Shown: positions 11,935-23,559 of the stretch, piece after piece | How the letters are laid out: each line of letters starts with the position of its first letter | Position numbering within the stretch: position 1 is the first letter of the stretch | Source of the DNA: an uncultured Nitrososphaerales archaeon | GTDB taxonomy: Archaea; Thermoproteota; Nitrososphaeria; Nitrososphaerales; Nitrososphaeraceae | Direction: 5' to 3' | NCBI GenBank assembly: GCA_963709405.1 | Contig: CAVPXM010000061.1 | Span: 32,001-96,000, forward strand | Length of the DNA: 64,000 nucleotides | Position numbers and translations under genes: made by a program | Notes under the pieces: model-generated | What the model was told of the DNA's origin: nothing | The model's database searches: none | The model's input: the letters and a program-made list of their open reading frames with translations, nothing else

Positions 11935-12577
11935 TTGACATTAGGATTCATTCATAAATTTATCCCTTCAGAAAGTATGAAAGATAACAAATCGTTAACC
12001 CTGCTATTGTTGCACGGGACCGGAGGAAATGAAAATGACTTAATCCCCATAGCTGGGATGTTAAGAATCACCAATGCCTCAATTCTTAGCCCTCGTGGTA
12101 AGGTACTAGAAAATGGTATGCCACGCTTCTTTCGCAGGTTGGCTGAAGGAGTCTTCGATGTAGAAGATTTGAAATTTAGGACAAATGAAATAGCTGATTT
12201 TGTACAAAATGCATCAAGAAGATATGCTTTTGATTCAAATCGAATAACGGCGATAGGATACTCTAATGGTGCTAATATAGTCGGCCAGTATACTTTTACT
12301 TCGGCCAGAGATTTTATCCAATGCTATTCTTTTTAGACCAATGATTCCTCTTGTTCCAGACACCTTGCCTAATTTATCTGACAAGCATATTCTAATATCT
12401 GCTGGCTCACATGATCCCATAGTTCCAAGGCACCAGACAGAAGATCTTTATGATCTTTTAAGAAATGCTGGGGCCAATATATCAATTCAGTGGCAAAATA
12501 GTGGACACGAACTAACCCAGAGAGATGTAAAAGTGGCTAGAGAATGGGTCTGCGTCAGAGTTACTATTATGATATAA
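11935..12577 (+). pseudogene. Phospholipase/carboxylesterase, MhqD-like; single +1 frameshift near 12284
   Basis: LLLHGTGGNE, PRFFRRLAEG, GYSNGAN, then GSHDPIVP and GHELT. Confidence 0.88.
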
Positions 12578-12649
12578 CACTGAATTAGACAAATAATTTT
12601 AAATTTGACTTAGAAATACTACTTTATACCGTCCATCACTCTACATAAG

Positions 12650-13285
12650 CTGTCTGCTTAAATAAGCTAACTGGAGCTGGTGTATATTACGGTGCTTTTA
12701 TGGTAGAGGCGTTATCATCTCGGAATGAAGATGTCTATATGGTTGGAGGGGCAAACTCTGCAGGTCAATCTGCAGTTCATTTTTCTAAATATGCGAAAAC
12801 AGTAACACTTGTAGTTCGTGGTGATTCTTTAACCAAAAGTATGTCACACTATCTTGTTAATCAAATAAACAGGACATCTAACATAAAAGTAATATTAAAC
12901 TCAAAAGTTGTGGAGGTACAGGGCGAAGATCGGCTTCAATTCGTTACGATATTAAATACCGAGACAGGAGAGCAGCATATTGTGGATTGTTTCATGCTCT
13001 ACATATTTATTGGTGCCGTACCACATACTGATGGTCTTGCTGGATTAGTAGAACGAGATGCAAATGGCTTTATCTTGACAGGTCAGGATTTGATACAGGA
13101 TGGGCGTGAGCGTCCTAGGGGCTGGTAACCTGGATCGGTCCCCATTTTTACTTGAGACAAACGTACCTGGTATATTCGCTGCCGGAGATGTGCGTCATGG
13201 CTCTACGAAAAGAGTGGCTACAGGTGTTGGGGAAGGGTCTCTAGCTGTTCAACTAATCCTTCAATACCTAAAGAGCGTTAAATGA
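12650..13285 (+). pseudogene. Thioredoxin-reductase-like FAD oxidoreductase, C-terminal part only, frameshifted near 13125
   Basis: GAGVYYGA, VGGANSAGQ and LETNVPGIFAAGDVRHGSTKRVATGVGEG; the N-terminal FAD domain is absent. Confidence 0.85.
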
Positions 13286-13434
13286 TGTCAAATAATGGAT
13301 TGCGTTAGCTTTGATCCTATAACAGAGATGAAAATACTAATAACCAAGAAATTAGTGATATTAATAGTAGGACATGACCATTAGTTCTAATAGCAGCAAC
13401 ACTACTCATGATCAAGAATCTCTGGTCCAACTAT

Positions 13435-13600
13435 CTATTTTGGTTTAGATTTGGCACTAAATATATTACGTCCTGGAATGTATTTCGCCTCTGTTTCAAT
13501 GGGAAACCATCAACTACATGCCAAGTCTCTGTCATCTTTCCATTTTGAAAACGGTAGATGCTTACACCTCTGTAACTGAGCGTATTATTAAAATGCTCCG
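13435..13600 (-). pseudogene. SnoaL-like ester cyclase C-terminal fragment
   Basis: YRGVSIYRFQNGKMTETWHVVD. Confidence 0.55.
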
Positions 13601-14950
13601 CGCCTTTGTGAGAGACTCATCAGAAATACTGCCTCTTCTAAAAAATCTGCTGCATCGTCAGCTTTTACAATAATTCGTTCAAACACTCTCGGAATGTTAG
13701 TTGGTTTTTTGTCAAAGTGCGAATCTCTTTAACTAAAGCATCTGCCTTATTCTCCCATATCTTAGCCTTTTTGGAATTCCTATCTGCAAGATCGTGTATC
13801 CTGGCGGTACTTGTTATTAAGAACAAGTGTCCTGACAGCTTCTGCGATCTCCAACTAGCAAAGTAGCGTGATTGGTTGGCTATTTGAACCACATCCTGTT
13901 CCCAAAGTTTGAAAATAAGTTGTAAGTTCTGCACGTATCCTGTCCGTAATAAGAGACTCAGATTTGCCTTCAATAAGATTTTCACAGCATGTTTTGATAA
14001 CAAATTGTAAGAATTTAACTGTGTGCTCTCTTCCAATAAATTCACCTAGCTCCTGACCGTAGAGAATTGGAGGATCATCAATTTCGTCTTATTGCCTCAT
14101 ATAGGAGTTTTTGACTGCCCAATTGCAGAAATGCTCTATGCCCGTATATTCTGGAAAATAGAAAGCAATGCAAATTGTAGACATATGATCTTTAAATAAT
14201 GATCTCATTTAGGATATTAATATATGACTCGAACGTTAAATATCCATGAATGCCCCAACAATGTTTACAGCTAAGTTTTTTACCCACTTTCTGAACTAAT
14301 ACGAGGCCTTGATCTGCGCTTGATTCTGAGGTCAGTTCTCTTCCAGCATTCTCAACGTTGGGAGATTTGGTTCCAGATATGACAAACGCATTATTTCGGG
14401 GACTCTTCGGCAAGGAGATCAAGGGTTACGTCGTTTTCATTAGTATAGGGTTCGGTTGTTTCCAGTGGGTCAAGGTTTGTCTGCTTTATTGATTTCGCTC
14501 AGTCTGGACCCATTCTGCTATATGATTGCACTGTCTGTTTTCTATACGAATACGTTTCATAATTGCCATATTTCATTTCAAAATCCTTGATATTCTTTAC
14601 ATTAAATTTGATCGACTATATTGATAATATCATGAGTCCTGATCTGATTTTGGGCATATGACAGAAGATTCTTTTTTTATCTCTTTTTTCAACTGAACAG
14701 CATTTCATATGGTACAATAACTTTTAACTTGCTTGCTTCCTTGATCTCTGCTGGCATATGATAACGAGTGGAGCATATTTCGTTTCTACAAATATCACAA
14801 ATAAACATGTCTTGTGTCATTATCACTATCATTTATTTATTAATTATTATTTAGGTTGTTTGATTGGGCAAGTAAATAAGTGACAAACTAAACGTACCCT
14901 TTTGTTAACTTTTAATAACAAAATCTCCCGATTGATTCATCAGAATCTAC

Positions 14951-15876
14951 ATGAACGATAATAGCAATAAAGTAATGATAATTGGATTGGGCCCTGCTGG
15001 TTTAACTTGCCGCTATCTATGCGGAAGAGGAGGACTGGAGCCAGTAGTAAATCAAGGAGTGGAAATCAGGAGGGCAGTTGAGGAGTGAACAACCGACGTT
15101 GGAAATTTTCCTTGGATTTCTGATGGAATAGGATTCGATTTAATGCAAAGTATGCAAGAAAGCAAGCGGAAAGGTTCGGCACAAAGTTTATCGATGGAGC
15201 GGTTGGTTCAGTAGATTTTCTATCAAGGCCATTCTAGATTAACATTGGAGATACTGCCCAATATGGCAGAAGCTGTCATAATTGCAACTGGTTTTTAAGT
15301 GATGGCTTGGGCTAGAATTCTAAAGCAGATTGAAAGGTAAAGGAGTATCTCGTATGTAGTACTTGCGATGGTTTCTTTTTTAAATGTAAAGATGTGGTAG
15401 TAGTAGGAGGGGAGACGTAGCCATAGAGGAAGCTTTATTTCTTTCAAAACTTACGAATAGTGTCAAGGTTATTCACAGAAGAAATGAGTTGAGCGAATAA
15501 CACAACAAAAGGGCATTCAACAATAAGAGGATCTCGTTTGTTTGGAATAGTGTGATTGACGAAATCCTTGGTGAAAATAGGGTAGAAGGATTAGAAATAC
15601 AATAAATTTACTCTCAAACGAGTTATCGGATATAATGTGTGTGCAGTATTTGTGGCTATAGGACACAAACCAATAGACATATTTTCAGAGGTAAACTTGA
15701 ACTTGATAACAAGGGATACATCAAGAAATATGATGACAAAGCTGATTGACGGGTATTTTGTAGCCGGAGATGTTTATGACTATATATATAGACAGGCGGT
15801 AACAGGAGCAGGATTGTGTTGTAAGGCAGCAATTGATGCAATTAAATACCTTGAAAGTAAGCAGGATAAGGAGTAA
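14951..15876 (+). pseudogene. trxB: Thioredoxin-disulfide reductase, heavily degraded
   Basis: KVMIIGLGPAGLT, GGQL, AVIIATG, GKGVS..TCDGFFF, VVVGG, IHRRNEL, FVAIGHKP and AGDVYDYIYRQAVT spread across several frames with stops. Confidence 0.85.
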
Positions 15877-16483
15877 TAAGCCTTCTCAAAAGGTTGGAAC
15901 TGTTGAATATTAACTTTAACTAAAGGAAGGACCTACCTTCGTTTGATTGACTGAATCTGCTTTGTTGCATAACTAAGCAAATCGCAACGTATGACGATAA
16001 GCCGATAATATTGTATTAATTAATATCATGTATTTATCTTAAACATGACTCTTCTAAACCATAAGGGACGAAGGATCAGAGTCATGCAACAAAACACCTG
16101 TTTTCTGAAGTCGTTAGAGTCTTTAGGGTAATTGGAGCTTTAAACAATATTTTAATCCTTTTTGTCGAGAACATACAACTTGAAGACCCATTATCTTAGC
16201 TGAGTTGCTGTACATTCAATGTTGGTGGTATTATCGTTTTTCTATTATTCGTATTATTTTTTATATCTCTTAGCGACAGAAATGATGACGCCATTATTGC
16301 TGTGGGGTCCCATAAATATGAAAAGACCTCCAAATAGAAAAATTAGGCTAGAACTAAATATCCTCCTATAGTATGAATTTGTGTAAGATGTCTAGAGGTT
16401 AATTCAGACGTCTAAAAATTGCATTCCGAAAATGACCTCTTTTCGAGCTTTCGTGTATGGGCTACAGCCCTAAGTAGAAGCTT

Positions 16484-16940
16484 CTAATGAAGTATATCCA
16501 AGAGGAGCACGGGGATAAGATATGCCAAACCAGCACCAATTATCAGTTGAAAACTCCAAATATGCTGATTACGCTTTGGCCTATCGAAACCTCCCGAATT
16601 TTTACTCCTAAAGTGGTGTAGGCGGCGTGACAAACTGATACTGATCAATGTCAAAGAGACAATAACAGCAGTAGGCCAATCAAGAAGGGCTTCTCTGATC
16701 TCTACTGCTTTGCATTTCAAACCATTTAACCGGAAGCAAATAGTTGTATAAGACCATTTCTTTATTCTTCTAGGTATAAGTTAGCGACAAGCCTGCCAGA
16801 GCCCCTTCTCGTTCTGGTTAGAAAAGGTTCACCTGAATGCTGCTAAAGCCAAACTTCGTACAATGAAACCTGAGTGTATAACCTTACCGACAATTGGTAT
16901 CAAGTGACATAAAACCGAAAGAAGCCAACAGCATAAATGG
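16484..16940 (-). pseudogene. Possible chromate transporter (ChrA) C-terminal remnant
   Basis: ALLDWPTAVIVSLTL..QLIIGAGL and an upstream MGPFMLLASF resemble CHR-family C-terminal motifs; very degraded. Confidence 0.3.
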
Positions 16941-17057
16941 TCCCATTATTTCACTACTAAAAGTGATATCTCTTAGCAGAAACAAACTAAGCACGTCCTC
17001 ACTGGAAGCAAAGGTATTGTCTAGTGTATAAAGCAAAAGTTAAGGTTTGATTATGGT

Positions 17058-17910
17058 GGCAGGATTTTCAGATGTAGAAGTATTGGAAGAGAAATTGTAT
17101 CTGGACGGGGATAGTGTGGAAGGCAGAAGAATTACGAGTTTGGTATTAAAAGCAATAAGATAGTGAGGTCTGAAGAAGAGGAGAATTTGGATTATGAAAT
17201 TTTCATTTGGCAGAGTAGTAAATCAAAGGCAAAGCACACAATTCTTTTTGTATGCATACAAAATGCAGGTCGCAGTCAAATGGCTGAAGGATTCTTTAGA
17301 AAGTATGCTCCAAAAAGCTATGAACCATTAAGCGCTGGAACCAAACCTACTTCAGAAATAAATCCAATTGCAATACAAGCAATGAAAGAAGTAGGAATAG
17401 ACATCAGCAAGCAAAGACCTAAGGATATGACTGAAGACATGATGACAAAGTTTGGTAAGATAGTGAATATGGGTTGTATGGATAAAGATTGGTGTCCTAC
17501 CGCATTCGTTCCTAATCTTGTAGACTGGGGAATAGAAGATCCAAATGGTAAATCAATAGAAAAAGTAAGAGAAATTAGGGATGAGATTGAAGAGAGAGTA
17601 AAGGAATTGACTGCAAGCCTACCTAAGGATGTTGACTGATAGATATCACATCTTTATTAATCCACAGTTTCGACCTGATTGATTGATTGATTGATTTTGT
17701 GTCTCTAAGATTGGAACAGAAAACACTGACGAAGATAACAAATAGATTAACTCCTAACCAAAGAATATTTTTTGCAGACATTATTGGCACATTCATTGTA
17801 GTAGTTCTTGCAACAGGTTCAGTGGTAATTAACGCCAGATTAAACGGAATATTAGGTATCCCTTTCATTGCATTTGCTCCATTTATAGGAGTTGCTGTAG
17901 GAGTCTACTT
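17058..17910 (+). repeat. Inverted partial duplicate of 33330..34191 (arsM 3' end + arsC + aquaporin 5' end)
   Basis: Near-identical to the reverse complement of 33330..34191, from GCAGGATTTTCAGATGTAGAAG to GGAGTCTACTTA. Confidence 0.95.
17163..17639 (+). CDS. arsC: Arsenate reductase, LMW-PTP family (copy 2)
   Basis: CIQNAGRSQMAEG P-loop, SAGT, MGC..WCP and DWGIEDP. Confidence 0.9.
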   Translation: MRSEEEENLDYEIFIWQSSKSKAKHTILFVCIQNAGRSQMAEGFFRKYAPKSYEPLSAGTKPTSEINPIAIQAMKEVGIDISKQRPKDMTEDMMTKFGKIVNMGCMDKDWCPTAFVPNLVDWGIEDPNGKSIEKVREIRDEIEERVKELTASLPKDVD

Positions 17911-17941
17911 ATGCCTATGCCTATTTCAAAAAATTCTATGA
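17711..17941 (+). pseudogene. Aquaporin N-terminal fragment (truncated duplicate)
   Basis: Near-identical to the N-terminus of 32827..33552 up to GVYL; ends before the first NPA. Confidence 0.9.
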
Positions 17942-19135
17942 TGAGGATGATGTCTCAAATCAATTACTATCTGTATTGCGCAAATTACAGATATGATTAA
18001 GATTAATGCTAATGGTAAAATTGGAATTGCCAGTACTGGGATAAGAACTATTACAAACCCGGCTATAAATCTGTAGATCGATCCTTGAACCAGAATCTTT
18101 CTACTTCTAATACTACGCCTATTACTGTGGCTACTACTACTATCCGCACCATCCTCATCATCATTGTGACTTGCACTGGCTATAGTAAACTGGATAACTC
18201 CAATTGAGAATAAACATAGCGATACAGAACCACAGATTAACCATTCACCTGCGTACGATAATGCTATATTTTGAGATGCTGACACAATGTATCTTATACC
18301 TGTTGCAGTACATACCAATCCTATAACTAAAGGAAAGTGGACATAGAGCCACGTTATGTAGATCCTTATTCTTCCCTTTTGACGAAATGCACGAATCGGA
18401 GCTCCATCGGTATTATCAAAGTATAACCACCAAAGTCCAAAAGCTATGCTTAAACCGGCTCCTATGGATATCGTAGATTCTAGATCCCACTCATGGGAAG
18501 ATAAAATACTCACAAGACCAAATATTGTCTCTCCTATTACAATTAAAGTAAATAGTCCCATTCGTTCAGGTAAATGAAAAAAATTTGGAGCGAGTTGTAC
18601 GTGCTTTCTTCCCACTATAAAAGTGGTGGCAATATCTATGGCTATTGCTAATGACCAAATTATGAAACGGAAAGGAATAGGAATAGCTGCTGATATCAAC
18701 CATAGCATTGCAGAAATCAGAAAACCTTGTGCGTATCCCCTCGCAAACTTACTAGCAGAAGGTATCTTGCGACCTGCACGTATATACTCAATAACTAGAA
18801 GAATTCTTATTGCAGCATATGATATCGCAAATTTGTCTGATGTTTCAGCCAATGCCCCATGTATGTTAATAGTAAGAGTCTGCAGCTCCCATCATCTGAA
18901 GAAACACCAATAGACGATGGAATAAATCGTCAGTCTCAAACCTAGCCGAGTAAAAAGTAAGCCCTACCCATGCCCACATTACAGGAACAAAGAGTGCTAC
19001 ATTTCCAAGAAATGCTGTAACGGAATTAGTATTATCATGTAGGGTCAAACCTATCTGGGAAACAGGAAGAGCATAAACTAAGTCGTAGAAAAGTTCTAGC
19101 CATGATGCATGACGTTCTTTTTCTACGTTGGTCAA
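17926..19135 (-). pseudogene. ltrA: Low temperature requirement protein A, +1 frameshift near 18878
   Basis: ERHASWLELFYDLV, RFETDD, HLPERMGLFTLIVIGE, LWWLYF and WLYVHFPL. Confidence 0.9.
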
Positions 19136-19735
19136 TATACTGTGATCATCATAAAAATCATGTTCAATTAAACTGCTTCTTGCAAATCATCATAATCGGA
19201 GTCTAAACAGGGATCTTTACTTAAACCAGCCTTTTTATCAGTTATAAAGTCATGTCGAAGAAATCTTGTAAAATTTTACTACCAAGATATAGTAAAGATA
19301 TTCAGGATAAATTTGCCCTTTTTCACATAGTTGTTATAAATGGATGACGTCATTTTCCTTTTTTTGGCTTTTTTACTTAACTTAAAGATCTGAATTTGAG
19401 GGAGTTGTAAAGAGGTATTCTCAGCGGATTTACTTTCAAATGAACAGTTGTGCTGTCAACATGAAAATACCAATGATGTTGCTTACTGGGGGTTTTTAGA
19501 AGATGAAGCAGAACAATTCTTTAATAGGAGGATAAAAGAGTTAGAGCAAGTGTGTATTGACCGAATAATAGAAGCATTTATTTCAGGTTCAATATCATCG
19601 CAGTTGACTAAAGAGTCATTTCTGGATTCAAAGGCTGTACCTCCTATGCAAACATATGGGAATGAGAAGTAACATCCGCTCCAATAAGCGGATATAGTAA
19701 TGCTCGGCAATGAACCCAATATTATTATAACAAAC

Positions 19736-20806
19736 CGACAATTAGACTACGTAATGAATGGTAAGGATAGATCTATATTCCATACTTCATATTACTTGAC
19801 GGCAATAACGTTTCTCGTACTTGGTATAATTGTTACCAGCATATTTGGTTGCACATTATCATTATTTAACCAAAATCAGCCTGCAATGGCCAACAACAAC
19901 AGAGTCTTGCTTCAAAAGACATATCTTTTGATATTGATAATGTTACATTTTCCCATCATATGACACCTGTTAATGGTATTCAGCTTCACTACGTGATAGG
20001 TGGCCATGGACCTCCACTGGTCTTGCTGCATGGATGGCCAGAAACATGGTATGAATGGCGTCATGTCATGCCAGCCTTAGCTAAAAATTATACTGTGATT
20101 GCACCTGATTTACGTGGATTAGGTGATTCTTCAAAACCTCTTACGGGTTATGATGGTAAGACTACTGCAGAAGATATACACCAATTAGTAGCTCAATTAG
20201 GATTCAAACAAATCTTTTTGGTAGGACATGATGTAGGTTCACAGCCAGCTTATTCTTATGCTGCCTGCACACCCAACAGAGGTAAAGAAGTTAGTAATTA
20301 TGGAATATATTTTCCCTGGTTTTACACCTCCTCAGCTTGAAGGAAAAGTATGGTGGTTTCCTTTTCATCAAACACCAGACCTACCAGAAGCACTTGTAGA
20401 TGGAAAGGAGCGCATGTACTTGTCATGGTTCTATCATAACATTGCAGCCAATCCGGCTGCAATAACGCAGGCAGATATCGATGAATTTGTTAGTCATTAT
20501 TCTGCTCCAGGTGGAATGCGTGACGGATTTAACTACTTCAGAGCATTCCCAGAAGATGCGATTCAAAATATGAATTATTCAAAGACAAAGCTTACAATGC
20601 CAGTACTAGCAGTAGGAGCGGGATATATTCCGGCTTTTGGAGGCGATGTTACTATTAACTATGCACTCTACGGAATGCAAAAATTAGCTCAAAATGTTAC
20701 TGGTATTAAGGTTCCTCTATCAGGACACTGGATTCCAGAAGAGCGGCCAGACTTTGTAGTAAATATGCTTAACAATTTCTTTGGTGGTGCTAACGTAAAA
20801 AAATAA
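19736..20806 (+). pseudogene. Secreted alpha/beta hydrolase (epoxide hydrolase/haloacetate dehalogenase-like), two single-base frameshifts
   Basis: Signal-like N-terminus, LLHGWPETWYEW, APDLRGLGDS, VGHDVG (nucleophile Asp) and SGHWIPEERP. Confidence 0.88.
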
Positions 20807-20833
20807 TTGTGCTAGTTTAATAGCCTCCCGTCC

Positions 20834-20879
20834 TAACTAACTGAGGCTTGGGCATATTCCAGATCCATATTTTATGTCT
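20834..20879 (+). repeat. Solo 46-bp copy of one end of the IS at 57936..59103
   Basis: Identical to the reverse complement of 59067..59112. Confidence 0.9.
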
Positions 20880-21498
20880 CAACAACTAACTAGTACCTAT
20901 TGCTGACTGTTGGTGTACGCTTTACCTTGTTACCCTTGATTGTAGTCGGTCTAGGTACTTTTGGCTTGGTATATGAATCTCAACGAATATGATACTCAAT
21001 AACAATAACATAATTCAACCGACGGGCAAAATATTGGACTACAGATTAGTAAAGTAAAGAGTAAGAAGGTAGGGGTATTCCACTTTCTGCAATTCTCAAC
21101 GACTGTGATGCCAACTTATCTTCATAACACTAATTAGACTCAGGTCAGTTTTATCAGGTACTTATTAAACCAGTTACGTCTGGTGATCATACGTTGAGCC
21201 TCTATACTTGTCAAAAATTACGATTGTCTGCCTGCTGTCACGAGTAGGAGTCCATGGTTGATATTCCGCCCCCAGAGATTTTTGAACTGTCAGTTTCCTG
21301 AAACAAGACATTCAATTTATTATGCCGATTCCACTCAATTGGTTTATTATTGAATCCATTGTAAACTTCATTTGCATAGCACTTATTATGAATTGAACGT
21401 AATAAATTGTCTAGACAATAATTTTGTAAAGCCCAACCCGACAGTATGTTGTTCCTAAAATTCAGCCGTTACCTATGCTCCTGAAATTTCCTTCTATG

Positions 21499-22524
21499 CT
21501 ACATCGAATCTCCTGCTGTGGTTCCATTAACTACTTCGCATATCAATCGGTCAACTAGAAATGTGTAGAACTCCTTTGCTTGATCCAATATTTGAGTCTT
21601 GCAGACCTCAACGCTATTATCACCATACTGTGATTGTTGATTCTGACCTCCATACGTCAAGTAATCGTAGTCTCTGCTTGACGTTGGATTATTAGAAGAC
21701 ACTAAAGAAGAGCACTTTTCTGGATTATTTGTCATGGATTGGATTACACATAAAAGAGCCAATTCCAGAAGCGGTCTAATTTTTAATAGATTCTTCTCGA
21801 CTTCTGCCTTAGCAGCTCTTATGATTTTGGTATATTCTCCACCATCATTGTTTTTAAATTCATTCACGACTGCTTCCATGTTGGCTACTTGATGCCGTAG
21901 ATCTCGAGCTTTTGATTTTTCATTTTCACATTCTTTTCTAAGCTCATCTAGTTTATTGCTCATAAATGAAATCTGGTCAGTTAGAAATTGCAATTCTCTA
22001 GTCGCGGTGCTTATATTAGACTCCAAATTGCTGTTTTGTTTTTGAAGCGCTTCGTACATATATTGGACTGATGGCAAGTAGTTATTGGCGATTTTAAGAA
22101 GGTTGATTACCTGTTGTCCACCGATTTTTGCTGCCTTTGCTTGCTTACATAGAAATACAAAGTTCGCGATATCTCCTTTCAGGTCTAGGCACAACTGGGT
22201 GACATCGTCAAGCTCAACCAGTCTCAGATACTCAGCATAGTGCTGGGTCGCCAGAGCTTCTCCAATGTTTAAGTCAATTGTTACTTGTAAGGGTGTTTTG
22301 CCATTGGAAAAGAGTTCATAAGCTTGTACGGCTAAGGATTTGTGGTCTTTTCTTTCTTTTTCCAAACATGCCTTGTCTATAATGGGTTTAATATCTCGGG
22401 GAGACATCCTTGCTATTTTTGCTATTTGCGGATAGGTCTTGTTCTGCTTAAAATATAGCTCTAAAACAAGCTCTTCTCTTTCTTTTCTGCTTAATACCCT
22501 ATCTGAGTCGAAATCTGATACCAT
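21499..22524 (-). CDS. HTH + coiled-coil hypothetical protein (Nitrososphaeraceae paralogue family)
   Basis: N-terminal HTH (KTYPQIAKIARMSPRDI), second HTH-like segment (AYELFSNGKTPLQVTIDLNI), long heptad region. Confidence 0.8.
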   Translation of the reverse strand: MVSDFDSDRVLSRKEREELVLELYFKQNKTYPQIAKIARMSPRDIKPIIDKACLEKERKDHKSLAVQAYELFSNGKTPLQVTIDLNIGEALATQHYAEYLRLVELDDVTQLCLDLKGDIANFVFLCKQAKAAKIGGQQVINLLKIANNYLPSVQYMYEALQKQNSNLESNISTATRELQFLTDQISFMSNKLDELRKECENEKSKARDLRHQVANMEAVVNEFKNNDGGEYTKIIRAAKAEVEKNLLKIRPLLELALLCVIQSMTNNPEKCSSLVSSNNPTSSRDYDYLTYGGQNQQSQYGDNSVEVCKTQILDQAKEFYTFLVDRLICEVVNGTTAGDSM

Positions 22525-22572
22525 ATACCTTCTACAACCATTTATAAAAACGAGTATAAAATAAAAAATCGA

Positions 22573-22686
22573 CTGTTATCATTTCGATCCGTCTGTTATC
22601 ATTTCATTACCATTTCCATCGCCTTGATATCTATCCGTCATCAGGCATTATCATTTATCATCTTGTATAACCGCCTATTACCATGC
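22573..22686. promoter_or_regulatory. Array of TTAYCAT direct repeats upstream of the HTH/coiled-coil gene
   Basis: Copies start at 22576, 22596, 22607, 22648, 22655 and 22678, with a weaker one at 22638. TATA-like TTTTTATAAA on the minus strand at 22541..22550. Confidence 0.6.
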
Positions 22687-22929
22687 AAATTTACCTGAAC
22701 TTGATTTGCATATTAAATTAGGTCTAAATTGAAATATTAACTTCACATTTGATATTGGAGACGCTCCTGATTACAGAACAATATTAGATCTCTTTATATT
22801 TTATCCAAGAATATTATTTACCTTAAACATGGCGCTCGCCTAAGTTATCTGACCCTGTTTAAAGCGAGCGATAAATGAATCGATAAGGAAGAGCCTAACG
22901 GATCAACTAACCATTGTGTGAATTCAGTA

Positions 22930-23070
22930 ATGATAATTGAGTTGAGGTAGCATTGGGATTACCTTGTAGAAACGATAGAAGGAGTCAGGCCAACCATGCG
23001 TAAGGGTAATCGGAATTGGATTTGTGCCCTTACCCTTCATGTGAATAAGGTGGATATTCACGCCATACAC
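22930..23070 (-). pseudogene. Epoxide hydrolase (EHN-type) fragment
   Basis: GVNIHLIHMKGKGTNPIPITLTHGWPDSFYRFYKVIPML. Confidence 0.8.
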
Positions 23071-23199
23071 CATAATCACTTTCACGACAGGGGTTGTTAA
23101 TGTTGTAGTCGCTATTGTAGTTGCATCGATAGCCACTACAAGCGTCGTCTATGCACAGGATTCAAATACGGTACAGTCAGCCAACTACACCAATACCAA

Positions 23200-23510
23200 T
23201 AATATCAAATTCATGACTTCTTTAGCCATCCATCCTGATTGATTTTCTGACAATTCTTTTCTTATCTTGGTAGATGTTTCTTCCGACACTTCTGCAGGTT
23301 TACCACTTCTATGCTTATTCTTTAGTCCTTCCAAACTAGCATTATCAGATCTCTTGAGCAATTTGTAAGCCTACCATCTAGATCTATGGAATTCCTTTTC
23401 AGCTACACTCGATGCCTCTTTCTTATCTTCTCTAACAAGAATTACTAGTAGAATTCTTTCCCTTATGTCAAGTCTTTTTCATTTCTATAGGCTTTGCTCA
23501 AAGCTTCAGT
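23200..23510 (-). mobile_element. IS630-family transposase HTH remnant
   Basis: AYRNEK..IRERILLVILVREDKKEASSVAEKEFHRSRW*AYKLLKR..EGLKNKHRSGKP..GWMAKEV. Confidence 0.7.
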
Positions 23511-23559
23511 CGCCAACAGATTAGGTACACAATGCGCTCAAGCTAAATTTGTATTGGCC

